Below, in pieces: positions 1 to 12,070 of a stretch of DNA of 64,000 bases. The notes beneath the pieces were generated by a model, which did no database searches, was not told the DNA's origin, and saw only the letters and a program-made list of their open reading frames with translations. Origin of the DNA: Octopus sinensis. Taxonomy: Eukaryota. Where the stretch lies: assembly GCF_006345805.1 (NCBI RefSeq), contig NC_042999.1, positions 106,082,001 through 106,146,000 of the forward strand, written 5' to 3'. Made by a program: the position numbers and the translations under genes. Every line of letters begins with the position of its first letter. Positions within the stretch are counted from its first letter, which is position 1.

Positions 1-114
1 TGGTCTGGTTATCTTATTTAATATACGTAACAAATATTTGTTGCAAAAATATACATATATGTGTGTGAGTGTATATATGCACTTACATATTTACATGCAT
101 GCTTTTATCTATAT

Positions 115-1349
115 ATTGGGTTGGCAACTAATTTCCTGGTGTTTTTCTTTAATTTACATTTTTTAAAGGGTTTGATAACAAAAAATAACAGCTAATTGAT
201 CAATAATGTATTCACCCTTGTTGTTTATAACTTCTTCTCAATGTTCACAAAGATTTTCAATACCTCGTTGGTAGAAATTACCCGATTTCGACTCGAAAAA
301 TTGATCCAACCAAGCTCTCAATTCTGCATTAGCTTTGAACGAAACTCTGTGCATAGCATTTGAAGGCGATCGAAAGAGGTGGAAATCCGTTGGTGCCAAA
401 TCAGGAGAGTATTGTGGGTGTGACAGCACTTCCCAACCATACGTTTGAATGGCTTCGTTGGTCGTAATGGCGATATGCGGGTGGGCATTGTCGTGCAGCA
501 GAAGAACTCCATGCTACCGATTAGGTCTTTTTTCTTGAATAGCCGTGTTCAGACGTTCGATCTGTTGAACATAGAATTCCGCGTTGATCGTTTGGTTCCG
601 TTCAAGCATTTTGTAATGGATAATCCCTTCCCAGTCCCACCATACGCACAACATCGATTTACGCGGATGAAGATCTTGTTTTATGCGCGGTGTCGCTTGT
701 TTACCGGGGCCAAGCTATTCCTTACGCTGCTTCATATTGATGAACTGGTACCATTTTCCTTCGCTAGTAACGATTCGGTAAAGAAATCGTTGCTTGTGTC
801 CATCAGTTGAGCGGTGACAAACAAGCAAATCAGCGGAGATTGTAGCTCGTTGATTTTTGTTTCTGCCACTTAAAGCATGCGGAACCCACGCTCCATACTT
901 CTGAACCTTTCCCATTGAGTGAAGATGCTTCTCTATAGCAGTGTGGGGGCATTCCCTTTTCCCTGCCAGTTCCCCTGTCGCTTGACGAGAAGTTTCGTGC
1001 AAAAGTGTTTAATCGCTCTTCATCGAATTCAACTGGACGGCCAGAACGAAGTGCGTCTTTGAGGTCAAAACTTCCATTTTTGAACTTGGCATACCAATCA
1101 TGAGCGGTTCTTATGCATAGCACTCTCTCCATACATAGCACAAATATTGCGAGAAGATTATGCGGCCTTAGAACCTTGATTAAAAACAAACAGAAGGAGG
1201 TGTCGAAAATACTCGCTTATCTTAACTTGACATTCCATTTTAATGATCTGAAAATGAACAGAAGTGAACTGAAATTAACTAGAAAAAAAGAAACAAAATA
1301 GATTCCAAAATTAAAAAAAAAACGGCGGGAACTTAGTTGTCAACCTAAT
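115..1349 (-). mobile_element. Full-length but frameshifted mariner (Tc1/mariner) transposon
   Basis: TIRs ATTGGGTTGGCAACTAATTTCC (115-136) and the reverse complement of 1328-1349 match at 19/22. Minus-strand fragments give HTH-like WYAKFKNGSFDLKDALRSGRPVEFDEERL, WVPHAL, RIVTSEGKW (decayed IVTGDEKW) and HPQYSPDLAPTDFHLFRS, split across frames. Confidence 0.95.
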
Positions 1350-1359
1350 CTATATATGT

Positions 1360-1421
<62 letters not shown>

Positions 1422-2149
1422 AGATGGATAGCTTATTAGCAATTTAACAACCTAAACGTAAATGTATTTGTGTATGTGTGAGTATCTGTATATAATTTAT
1501 TACATGACTACGCATGCACATTTGTTATATATATATTCTAAACGTGTGTGTATGCCCTATAAGCAAAAGTTCTAATGTGTTTAACATATTTTTATACATT
1601 CAGTAAAACCTTTTAATAGTAGCTTCTTCATGAGTAATGTCTCATGATTTCTTCACAAATGTGTCTGTTAGATGGGCTTGCAGAAGAATTTTAATATGCA
1701 ATCCAGTTTCTAAATTCCAAATTTATACTCTAGCGCATTATCTACAATTTTTCAATAGTTCACCATAGATGGTCCCAATTTCACTTTTCGTTAAAGATAT
1801 CTGCTGGGAAATTTGTTTCTATCACTACAGTGTGCACTTACTGTTCCCTAACGGAAAACGTGAAACCGGTGTTTTCGAAAAGTTTTGACTAGTTCATTCT
1901 GTAAATATGTTAATGTTCATCAAAACAATAAAATGTTACATTTTTGTGGAAAAAGTACAGTTGCATAGTAAAATAATTTTACTGTATCACGCCTTTATTG
2001 GTAGTCGCTTACGATGTTGATAATACCTTTTCTATTCACTACTCAAACTTTACTTGTGTGACTACATCACTTGTGTCTTTTATGCGGTGGCTATTTTAAT
2101 GTTGCTTCCTACTTCTAGATTTTAGAAGCATAAATATTCATGTTATACC

Positions 2150-2500
2150 TAATGTTATACCTGGTTGTTGAAATGGAATAGTCTCTTACGTACGTTCTAT
2201 TCCTCAACTTAAATGTTAGGTGTTTGGGATCAGATGTTTAGATACTTCTGAACCTATACTGTAACCCAGCTGAGTTTGTAGTTTAGTGCCATTTTTAGAC
2301 CTTTGTTGTATGTTGAAGAAATCTCTGCGTCTCATTGTCTGTCCTATAATGTTTGCTGAAAGGTCATAAATCAGTCAACATTTGTTATTGAAAATATTCC
2401 TTTTGCTTGAGATTTTATCCCGGCTGCTTCTCTATTGATGCCAAAATTGTTCGTTGTCTATTATTTTAGAATTTTTTCTTATAGACTTTCTTTATAGGTC
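2150..2500 (-). mobile_element. Possible highly decayed GIY-YIG endonuclease relic of a Penelope-like element
   Basis: Minus-strand translation with a frameshift gives KGIFSI...IIGQTMRRRDFF...KNG and GSEVSKHL, loosely matching the GIY-YIG pattern YIGQT..R..EH. Weak. Confidence 0.3.
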
Positions 2501-5500
2501 TTTTGTGAGTGAGTAATGATGAAGAATCTAAAACGCCCGTCCTTTACTTCAAGGTTGAAAGTACATGTTTCAGTTGGAATTAATAAATGGTTGAGGTGTC
2601 TTATTCTTTTTGTCACTGTTATCTAAAGGTATAGCATCGTACTGCGTCTTTACGATCGTCCATGGTCAATATCCCTAAATTAAGTTTTCAGCTTTTGATA
2701 TCTTTCTGATTCACATTTACCTCTATAAAGAACACTGAAAACGAAGCGAGCACACTTAGTGCATAGTTTTAATACTCTTTTTAATTAAAGAAAACATTCT
2801 ATATGAAAGCATATGATAACCATAGCCTCAAATGCTCGAGTATAACCACAAAATCGTCTCAGGGTTTCTGATAATCTTACTATATTAAAAATCTATCTCA
2901 ATATTAATTAATATATTTAAGAGTAATATTCCTTGCAGCGTGCTGCCATCTTATTGGTTGTTTATGATATAAATTCTTATGCAATTTGTGAAATTTTACT
3001 TCTTTTATTAGATGTATTTTAACCTTGATCTTATATTCATTGTAATAAATATTACTCTTCGGGTGGTAGTATTGAGATTATTGCTAAGCTAGTTTTGCTC
3101 TTTCAATTATGTTCATATAAGTTTGCCTTAAAATGAAAGATTGCATTACTATAAGTAAAACTATGTATTCACAGAAGTATTTACGTTTTTATTGTTGTAA
3201 ATACGAGAATTGCTTCATTCTGTGAACATTTTTGAAAAGAATTATATTTCATACTTAGATATTAAAAAAATGAAGCTGTCTATCTGTTTTATACAAGTAA
3301 TTTCTCAACGTAACTTTCGCCTCTATGCTTATATGAATTTCTACTATAAGGAAAGAAAAATAATAAATATGACACTTTATGTCGAGAAATATATACTGAT
3401 AGGTTTTTTAGATTTTTCATTAATATTTCAGGTAGTGCAATTCACAACAACTCTACGGTACGCGAATGAAAATAAAAATGAAAGCACGTCCAGCGGCAGT
3501 TATCTGAAACGTATTTCTTCAGAAACCTTCACTACCACATTAATAATAAGTGCGAGGCAAGCAACTTTGTTGCCATGATGTTCTATCTAGAAATAGTAAG
3601 TAAAGATCACTCAAATCGATCCCTTGTGTCATACTGTTATATTGGCCTTCATACAGCTATGGATAAAATTTACCTTTAATACGTGAAAGCATTTAGTCAT
3701 ATACTTATCAAATCAGTAATAACTGCGGACTAAAAGGACTTTAGCAATAAGGCATTTAACAGGTGCAAAAATAATAATAGTAAAATAAGAACATATTGTG
3801 GTAGAAAGAGCATTTATTATGCTATATGTTATTAGTTGTGATTCCATCGACACTGAAATAAAGCAAAATACATTTTTACACCAACGGGATTGAAATCAAA
3901 AGGCGGATATAAGCAAGATTTTTCTGCTTGCAACCACTACTTGTCCAGCTATTTACAAGGACATAATTAAAAGTGTTTCATTGTATGTATTAGCATTTCA
4001 AAACATATGTTTCCTCTGGAACATTCACTATCACCAGCAATAATAATAAATGGGACTTTATGAAACTTGCATGCAATACACCATTGGTGCTTCGAATCAC
4101 TATTTCTGAATAAGGCTAGTAATTGCAGTAAGGTTAATAAACCTATTGAAAGTATTGAATAAACTATACAGAATTTGCACTTCAACAACCTACCATCGAA
4201 AACTGAGCAGGAAATACAAAATTGCAGGGTACATCAGTGATCGTTTCACTCCCTAAGAAGTCGATATTTTCATTTTGAATCTAAACATAATTATTACTTG
4301 TTTCTAATTTTGGTATGATCTGTCAAATTCTTAGACAGCTTTTGCATAAATGTTGCCAAGTTTCCCCATTCTATTGACTGAATCTTGCAATTAATATTCT
4401 TGACTTGAGTACAAATATATCTCATCTAATAATAAAATCGAATCATATAAAATATATCAAAAATATAACATCTATATTTTAAAATTCTTTTTCTGTTTTT
4501 CTTTTTGTAATGGATGGTTCACGGTTGATGTGCCTACTCTTAAAAATAATAGTCAAGCAGAGTATCATTAATATGTCGATACTCTAATATATAATCTCAA
4601 ATATGGGTTCGAAAGCGACCTGATAATCAAGTGATGTTATTTTACATATAGACGTGTGTGTATTTATCAGTGTTTCTTCGCGCACGCCTGGTTATGTGTG
4701 TGTGTGTGTATGTGTGTGTATGTGTGTGTGTGTGTGTTTTGTGTATGTTTTATACTTCTGCAGTAGTCTTTCAAACTGATATTTTAACAACTCTTAAATA
4801 CTAAAAACATGCTGTCATTATTAATCGTCAATGTCTTTATAAATCGTTTTCTATTTGCAGCAAATGTAAATGCATATTCATCGCTATATATGAACTCGTG
4901 CTGGTCATGACGGGGACTCGCAGCTGAAAAGTCAATTAATATGTTGCTATTACGTTAACTAGAGTTGCCCCACTTCTAGTTTATTTAAACGGAAATGCCA
5001 AAGGAAACCGTTTTCGTTTGGATCAAAATCCGTTATAATCTGGAACAAAAACCACTATACTCTGGATCAAAATCAGTTGTTCGGAATACGAAGGAGAGGG
5101 AAACATTACTCTCATCAAAATACTAAGACCAGCCTACTGCAGCTAACACAATCATAGTAAATGAGAATGAATGGATTGCAAAGGGAAAATTCAATCTAAG
5201 TTGAGCAGAATTTGTGACACCTGACATAGTTATATGAAATGAGGAGGCGCAGTAAACAAACAGCTATTAATAAATGAAGGGTATCCCGATTACATTGTTG
5301 TCGGTGGGATTCAGATATTACAGTAACAAATAACCAGGGTCTTGTCAGTTAGAATAGGGAAAAGACTGGCAGGGCTGGCTAATTCATGTTGAGACAATCT
5401 ACAAATGTTTCTACGGTAGCCTGCGTGGTAGATGTTAGCATCTCCAGAAAGAGCACGACGGGAGAAGATTGTAGAAAAAACGTGATGCTGGATGTAGAAG

Positions 5501-5780
5501 CTGGAACATTTAGACTGGAAGTGAAAATAAACTGGAAAGTAGCTGGCCATCATTGATCTCACACAGCAATTATAGGATAGTATTTTAAGGTCGAAACATC
5601 CGAGAAATTCGGAAAAAACCTGGTGAATTCCTTTGGATTCAAATTACTGCCGTATGTGAATGAATCTGCCGAGATATGTAACAGATATATGAAATAGTAT
5701 GAATAAGATTTTGTGTCTGTCGGCTAGTCTGTTCATATTTGTACGTGTATATTTATCTGTATCTATCTATGCGCGCGTGC

Positions 5781-5817
<37 letters not shown>

Positions 5818-6950
5818 CGAGGGTGGGTTGAAACTTCACAGCCTAGCTATGGAGAAGTGATGCTAGAGATGTAAAACCTTCCATGCATCAATCTCAAATC
5901 ACCTTTATAACCACATTGTTTCTTGCGGGAAAAGCTGCCAACTGAGTGTTCAAGGAAGACTTGAAAAGTAACTAGTAGCGAGTCTTCTTGAAAATGAACA
6001 AAATTTGCCATCGTGTTGTTATCAAGCACCTGCAGAGAAAGGACATTCATGCTGACATGGTTATTACAGATGACGCTCCAGCTTTATCGACTGTGCACAA
6101 GGGAAAGGAAGAGTCTTCAAGATGATCCAAGGTCTGGACGTGCTGAAACTGATACTATCGAGGAAAACATTGATCCTGTTCACCACAGGGTGATGGGTCA
6201 CAAGCGATTGACTATAAATCAAATAACCGACGCTATTACATTTCTCGTCAAAAATTTGAGTATATTCTGCTCCATGAAATTGGCCTAATGACAGCTTCTG
6301 ATCGGTGTGAGTTCTGTTTTCTGTGACTTGATCAAAAGCCACCAGCCTCATATTGTCGCTTGAAAATCTAACGTTGTTGGTGGCAGATACAGCTGGTTTC
6401 TTTGAATGTTTCCGAAGTCAACATGAGTGTTGGTTTCCTCACTTTGATCCAGAGTCAAACATGCAACCAAAGCAGTGGAAACACCCCTCCTCACCTCCTA
6501 CAAAGAAGTCCAAAGTCGTTTCCTCTGTAGGGAAGATGATAGCCTCAGTGTTTTGGGATGCAGAAAGCATTACGACTATTCACTAATTTCAAAAGGACTA
6601 CATCATCATCGGAGACTACCATACCTACTAGCTGAGGCAGTGACGAAAGTCTAAGACGGAACGAAAGGGAAACTCACAAGCGGGGCCTTTTTTCATCAGG
6701 ACAATGCTCCTGGACACAAGTCATTGGTTTCAATAGCTGCTGTGCGTTACTGTGGTTTTAAACTGGTTTCTCACCCCCGCCTTATTCTTCTGATTTGGCC
6801 CCATCTGACTATGAGTTTTCTCCAAAATGGCTGACAGCCAGTATCACTGTGATGATGACATCATATTTGCTGTTGAAGACGTTCTTGACGAACAGGATGA
6901 TAGCTTCCACTCAATGGGATCCAATCACTGTAAACCTATAAAAGAATTGT
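5818..6950 (+). mobile_element. Decayed mariner transposon
   Basis: Starts with CGAGGGTGGGTTGAAAC, a mariner-type TIR. Fragments read DDPRSGRAETDTIEENIDPVHHRVM, KMIASVFWDAE, FHQDNAP and YSSDLAPSDY, with many indels. No clear right TIR. Confidence 0.9.
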
Positions 6951-7004
6951 GCGATGTATATATATATACGCGTGTGTGTATGTGTCTGTGTGTTTGTGTG
7001 TGTG

Positions 7005-7160
7005 CGTAGTAGATCCAAAAACAGAACAAACACAAAAACACAACACGAGGACGTGGTAATGTAAAGTATTAGTAGACGCCCAGGGAAGGAAAGATGGTTT
7101 AACGTTTCGAGCAACGCTCTTCTTCAGAAACAGAGGACAGTCCAATAGAAAGCAAGGCAT
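7005..7160 (-). mobile_element. Short hammerhead-bearing repeat, probable Penelope-like pseudo-LTR fragment (family H1)
   Basis: Contains the hammerhead at 7097-7131. The flank GTATTAGTAGACGCCCAGGGAAGG resembles GTATTATTTCGACGCTCAGGGAAGA at 45762-45786, so it is repeated. Association with PLEs comes from established PLE biology. Confidence 0.55.
7097..7131 (-). ncRNA. Minimal type I hammerhead ribozyme motif (H1)
   Basis: Minus strand reads GUUU-CUGAAGA-A-GAGC-GUU-GCUC-GAA-AC/GU-U-AAAC: stem I GUUU/AAAC, intact core, one extra A after A9, 4-bp stem II, palindromic ACGU stem III and a GUU cleavage triplet. Confidence 0.75.
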
Positions 7161-7182
7161 GTGGTTCGTGTGTTGAAACAGA

Positions 7183-7537
7183 TATTGTTTTATTTCGGGA
7201 TGGTCAGTTTGTCTTCACTCGTTTATTGGTGTTCATATTTTATTATTTTAACTCATGTCCATTGTCGGGAAATCTTTCGTCACATATCTGTGACCTCTTC
7301 AGGAACACTTTTCATTTTCGTGTGTGTTCTCGCTCCACTTATTCCATCCTGTTTTTCCAAGATGTGTATCCTTATGCCTGCATGCGCTTGTGTCTTTGTG
7401 TGTATGTGTGTGAGTGTATGTGTGTGGGTGTATGTGTGTATGCTTGTGTATGTGTCATAGTTTTCAGCAGCAGTGTGGCCTTCTCCTCACCCTCATCCTC
7501 TCACCCCTTAATGCTGCTGCTGTCCTAAATCCCGAAA
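7183..7537 (-). mobile_element. Hammerhead-bearing repeat (family H2), left copy of an inverted pair
   Basis: Clearly alignable with the reverse complement of 7809-8206; the ORF track shows it too (SSLVYWCSY..EIFRHISVTS vs SSLVYYCSY..EIFRYTSVTS). Partly homologous to 26440-26620. Confidence 0.8.
7263..7307 (-). ncRNA. Hammerhead ribozyme motif (H2a): core and stem II intact, stem I damaged
   Basis: Minus strand reads UGUUC-CUGAAGA-G-GUCACA-GAUA-UGUGAC-GAAA-GAUUUC-CCGACA, with a perfect 6-bp stem II and a UUC triplet. Stem I is mismatched next to the core. Confidence 0.7.
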
Positions 7538-7808
7538 TCAAAAATGGTTCACTTCCTGTATTCCTCTACGTTTGTGTGTTCGCCCACGGTGTTGCCATCA
7601 TGGTAGTTGTTGTTGTTATTTCCATCGTTGGCACCACCGCTGCTGCTGCTGACCGTATTAGTTGAAGCTTCATGTGAGTGTATATGGATTCGTGTATGCT
7701 TCATGTGTGCGTCTATATGGATTCGCTTCGTGTGCATCCATGCCGTTCATATAATTGTATTTATTTGTTTTATCTATCTCTGTCTTACATTTATCACAGA
7801 TATATTTA

Positions 7809-8203
7809 TATCGGGTCGTTGGGCAGCAGCAGCACTATGGGGTGAGAGGATTCGGCAGAGGGGATTGCCACACAGCTGCTCAATACTATGACACACACAC
7901 AAGCATACACATACACACATCAACACACACACACACACACGCACGCACACTCGCAAACGAGGATACAAACGCAAGCGCACGTAAGGGTACACATCTTAGA
8001 AAACAGAATGGAGTATGTAGATCAAGAGCACATACGAAAACGAAAAATGTCGCTGGAGAGGTCACAGATGTGTAACGAAAGATTTCCGGACAATAGACAT
8101 AAGTTAACATAAGATAGGAACAGTAATAAACGAGTGAAGAAAAAAGATATATAGTGCGTGCGTTTATTCGGCTAAAAAGAACGATGACCAGCCCAAAATA
8201 CAA

Positions 8204-8206
<3 letters not shown>
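7809..8206 (+). mobile_element. Hammerhead-bearing repeat (family H2), right copy of an inverted pair
   Basis: Inverted homolog of 7183-7537. It carries an extra ~45-bp segment (TAGCCGAATAAACGCACGCACTATATAT on the minus strand) that is shared with 26470-26500, and it ends at a (TA)n tract. Confidence 0.8.
8048..8092 (+). ncRNA. Degenerate hammerhead motif (H2b)
   Basis: Reads UGUCG-CUGGAGA-G-GUCACA-GAUG-UGUAAC-GAAA-GAUUUC-CGGACA. A6 is changed to G and stem II has one mismatch; stem I UGUCG/CG(G)ACA still pairs. Confidence 0.6.
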
Positions 8207-8283
<77 letters not shown>

Positions 8284-9239
8284 ATATGTATGTATATGTA
8301 TGTATGTATGTAGTGATATTCATATACGCACACTTACACACACACGCACTCACACACATGTATGTATGTGTATATAGTGTATATACTTCTTTAAATGCAC
8401 TGTGTATGAACGAAATGAATATACAGTTACCTATACACACACGCAATTACAAATGCTTATTTGCGTGTATTTTCTCTTGTATATCATGACTCGATATTCA
8501 CTGTTGTTCAAATTTAATGCGTTGTTCGGATTCTATTTATTTATTATAAAAAATATTAAAATAAAAATTCGCTTCAGGCGTAATTTATTTTGTATATTTT
8601 AAAATTTGTTTCTAACGTACAATCAGCAAATACTTTTTATTCAATAATGCAGTCTCTAATTTACATAACTTTTCCTAGATTGCCACAAACAAGGTTTCTT
8701 TTTTATTTCACACACAGGACGTAACGATAAGCTTTAACATTTTTTTATAGATTTCCAGAACTATATACTGTTCAAATCATAAACAGTGCCCCCTCTTTGA
8801 AGCTTCGAAATATTGCCTTGTAGTAGGCATTAGATTTAGAGTCCGGAATAGGCACGTGTCACTTGCATACTAAGGCAGTTGTTTGCTCTGCAACAGTAAT
8901 GGGAACGCGCATTTAGATTGACATGAATTCAAACAATACATACCAGAAGTATCGTTGAACAATCCAAGAATTATACAACGACGATGCTTACGTCAAAATA
9001 TTTTTCCTCGTTATCTATGATCACGGAAGTCATGACCTCGTTCCTGAAGTTTAGCAGCTGCATTTTATAATGGATAAATACGGAATGGTGAAAACAGTTG
9101 AAAATATTGAAGACGCCCATTCTCTTTTGAAAAACAACGGAAAATAAGCAATAAGCATCAACTTATGAATCAACAGTTATAATGACCGCTACATTATTTA
9201 GACCACAGGAAACGATAAAGGAGAATTAATTTTCCTTAA

Positions 9240-10330
9240 TGCCCATGGTAGCTCATGAAAAGGACTGCCTTACAAACATTTTTTTTTGGCAAAATTTTAT
9301 CATATGCAAGTTTTAGCTCCTACTTGGCTTCAACTGACACTGTTTCAGTTTGTCTTGATAGTGCAAACAACGTATATTTCATAGTTTGGCTTCCTCTAAA
9401 CCTCACGTGACATGAAGAAACCTGGTGCCACATAAATTATATCTCACCTAAGTACAATCTCTTGCAAATAATTAGGTTGATCACTTCGGATGAATCCAAC
9501 GAATTCAAAAACGTGCAAATCAATCCGTGGATTGAACAGTGAAGTATCAAATATACATCGCACTTATAAGGTAAAGAGTTACCATCGTTGTGGCTAGTGA
9601 CTTCGGACAATCCATCTCTATAATCCCCAGAGGGACTCGAATTGAACAGATCACAACCTCTATGAAAATATTTAGCATATAGACACCACATTACAACCAA
9701 TATACGAGCGTTACAACCATTTCACAAATTATAGGGCTGATAGTGCTGTCGGTGAGTCCTCTGTCAAACGTCATTCCGTTTTGCAGTGGGAAACAGACTA
9801 ACCACTTGAAAATATCTCCGACGGTCGAATTGACCATCATAAGGTTCATAGCCTACTATGTGATCATCCATAGGTGAGAAAAAGCAATCTTAGTAACGAT
9901 CACTTGAACTAAAGAACGGTACGAGATCGTCTACCCAGAGAGATAGAGTGTTACAAATTACAGTTGTATAAATATGCAAGCCTTTCTTATTTATTAAAGC
10001 GAATTTCTGAAGAGTCACGAAGCTCTTGGAAACCAGACACAATCTTATGCTTATACTTGCATTTTTCACTCATGCTACTTTGCAAGCTAAACTCCAAGCA
10101 AGACGCTCCATAAAAGTAGGTAAGAAGTACTGGCTCTCAGAAATAAATTAGCAAGTGTAGCAGGGAGCCTCATTTTCCTTCCCAGATTACTATAAAAAAT
10201 GAGGAAAATAATTGGGTGGAGTTTTAACTACAATGGCAAGACACAGAGATACGAGTGTGTTACTCAAAATTATTGTGCATACTCAAATCAGAAATTTGCT
10301 GCATAATATTTCTTTCACATAGCGCCGATC
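9240..10330 (+). mobile_element. Decayed Helitron (Pif1-type) helicase coding relic
   Basis: Ordered degenerate motifs WLPLNLT*HEETWCHI, RLITSDE, SDFGQSISIIPRGTR (cf. GDFRQILPVIPRGTR), AGSLIFLPRL (cf. GE.VFIPRI) and a FSHGQLY-like remnant, with many stops and frameshifts. Confidence 0.6.
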
Positions 10331-10364
10331 TACTATGAAATCAACGGCTTCCACGGGTGTGTAC

Positions 10365-10381
10365 CTACATGTATAAATGCA

Positions 10382-10424
<43 letters not shown>

Positions 10425-10442
10425 GAATACATAATTAAAGCT

Positions 10443-10491
<49 letters not shown>

Positions 10492-10523
10492 GCATATGTA
10501 TATGTATATATATATATACATAC

Positions 10524-10568
<45 letters not shown>

Positions 10569-10575
10569 CATATGC

Positions 10576-10647
<72 letters not shown>

Positions 10648-10930
10648 ATATATATAATATATATATATATATGGATGTGGGGGTGTACACACAAACACGC
10701 ACACACACATACTAGAGGGGTGCTGACAAGTTCAATGCATTGGGTAATAGAAAATTCAGAAAGATCAGTTAATTATGATTTTATTCAAAATATGCCTCTC
10801 TTATATTCACACATTCAGTGATCTTTCATTTTTCTTAGCTCTATAAAATACCTTGGAAGCATGAGCGTCAAACCAAACCTTTCGCAAGACCGTTACAGTC
10901 AGGAACATTTCAGCACCTCAACGTGTATAT

Positions 10931-11011
<81 letters not shown>

Positions 11012-11101
11012 ATGAATACACCGATGTATAAATATGCATATACATACATGTAGGTCTCTCTGCCACACATGCTCTATTTCTATCTTCCTCTCTTTCTCTC
11101 T

Positions 11102-11146
<45 letters not shown>

Positions 11147-11179
11147 CACGTATACATATACACATATATGCTTGTAAAG

Positions 11180-11238
<59 letters not shown>

Positions 11239-11328
11239 CATACATACGTACTCAACCATAATATAATTGTATGTGAGCATGAAAGTGTTCATGTGTATGT
11301 TTGATTTTGTGCTTGTGTACGTGCAGCG

Positions 11329-11420
<92 letters not shown>

Positions 11421-11430
11421 TCATACATAT
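10365..11430. repeat. ~1-kb compound (TA)n/(CA)n/(TACA)n microsatellite field
   Basis: Directly visible; it is the source of the YIYIYI ORFs. Confidence 0.95.
10711..10924. mobile_element. Mariner-derived MITE (~210 bp) inside the microsatellite field
   Basis: Inverted termini GGTGCTGACAAGTTC and the reverse-complement GGTGCTGAAATGTTC match at 13/15 and resemble the GAGGG..TGAAA..TTC TIR of the element at 5818. Confidence 0.55.
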
Positions 11431-11870
11431 ATAAATATACAATTATATGTGTACAATTGAGTAAGAAATCGCATGTTATATGTAAAAGAAATCATAAATA
11501 TAGTTTAGAAATTTTTGTTAATCATACCATATTGTTGTTAAAACAAAATTTAGCAGATCATTACTAGTGGGCATATTGCTTCTTGTTACTGATATAGAGG
11601 AAGAGCTGACAATTAACTACTAACTATATATCTCCTGTTTCTTCACTTATCATACTAGCAGAATAATTTTCAATAGACTTTGATTGGGGGTTTGATTTTC
11701 TATTGAAATCTTTTATTTACTTTTTTGTGATTCCAATATTTTATGCTCAGTATACTTTTTGCTCTCGTATGGTTTCATCTTAATATGCACGTTTACCTAT
11801 CTAGTGTGTAAGCATACTCATAACTGCCTTAGTATTTAATAAATATATGTTATATCTATATATTATCTTT

Positions 11871-12070
11871 TACTTATTTCAGTCATTAGACTGCGGCCAT
11901 ACTAGGGCAACAACTTGGATTTTAAGTCGAATGAATTGACCTCAGGACTGATTTTATTATCATTTATTATTGCTTTACCTTTTGTGTTAAGCCTGACACG
12001 TATTCTGTCGGTATCTTTTTAACGAACGGCAATCATGCCAAAATTGGTTGTGTATCGGGGGCGCGGACAA
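11871..12070 (-). mobile_element. SINE family B, partial 3' portion
   Basis: TTTCAGTCATTAGACTGCGGCCATACT...AAGCCTGACACGTATTCTGTCGG aligns with 47743-47880. Confidence 0.7.

Noticed and set aside
3500-3526. TCTTCAGAAAC, identical to the end of the H1 motif
   Set aside because: On the minus strand there is no stem II or GAAA after CTGAAGA.
3432-3595. AG...GTAAGT-bounded segment ending in GCC-ATG-ATG-TTC-TAT-CTA-GAA-ATA (MMFYLEI), a possible first coding exon
   Set aside because: No compatible downstream exon or homology; such motifs are expected by chance in AT-rich DNA.
10005-10035. CTGAAGA...GGAAAC hammerhead-like string
   Set aside because: No stem II closing pair next to GAAA and no stem I; it lies inside the Helitron helicase relic.
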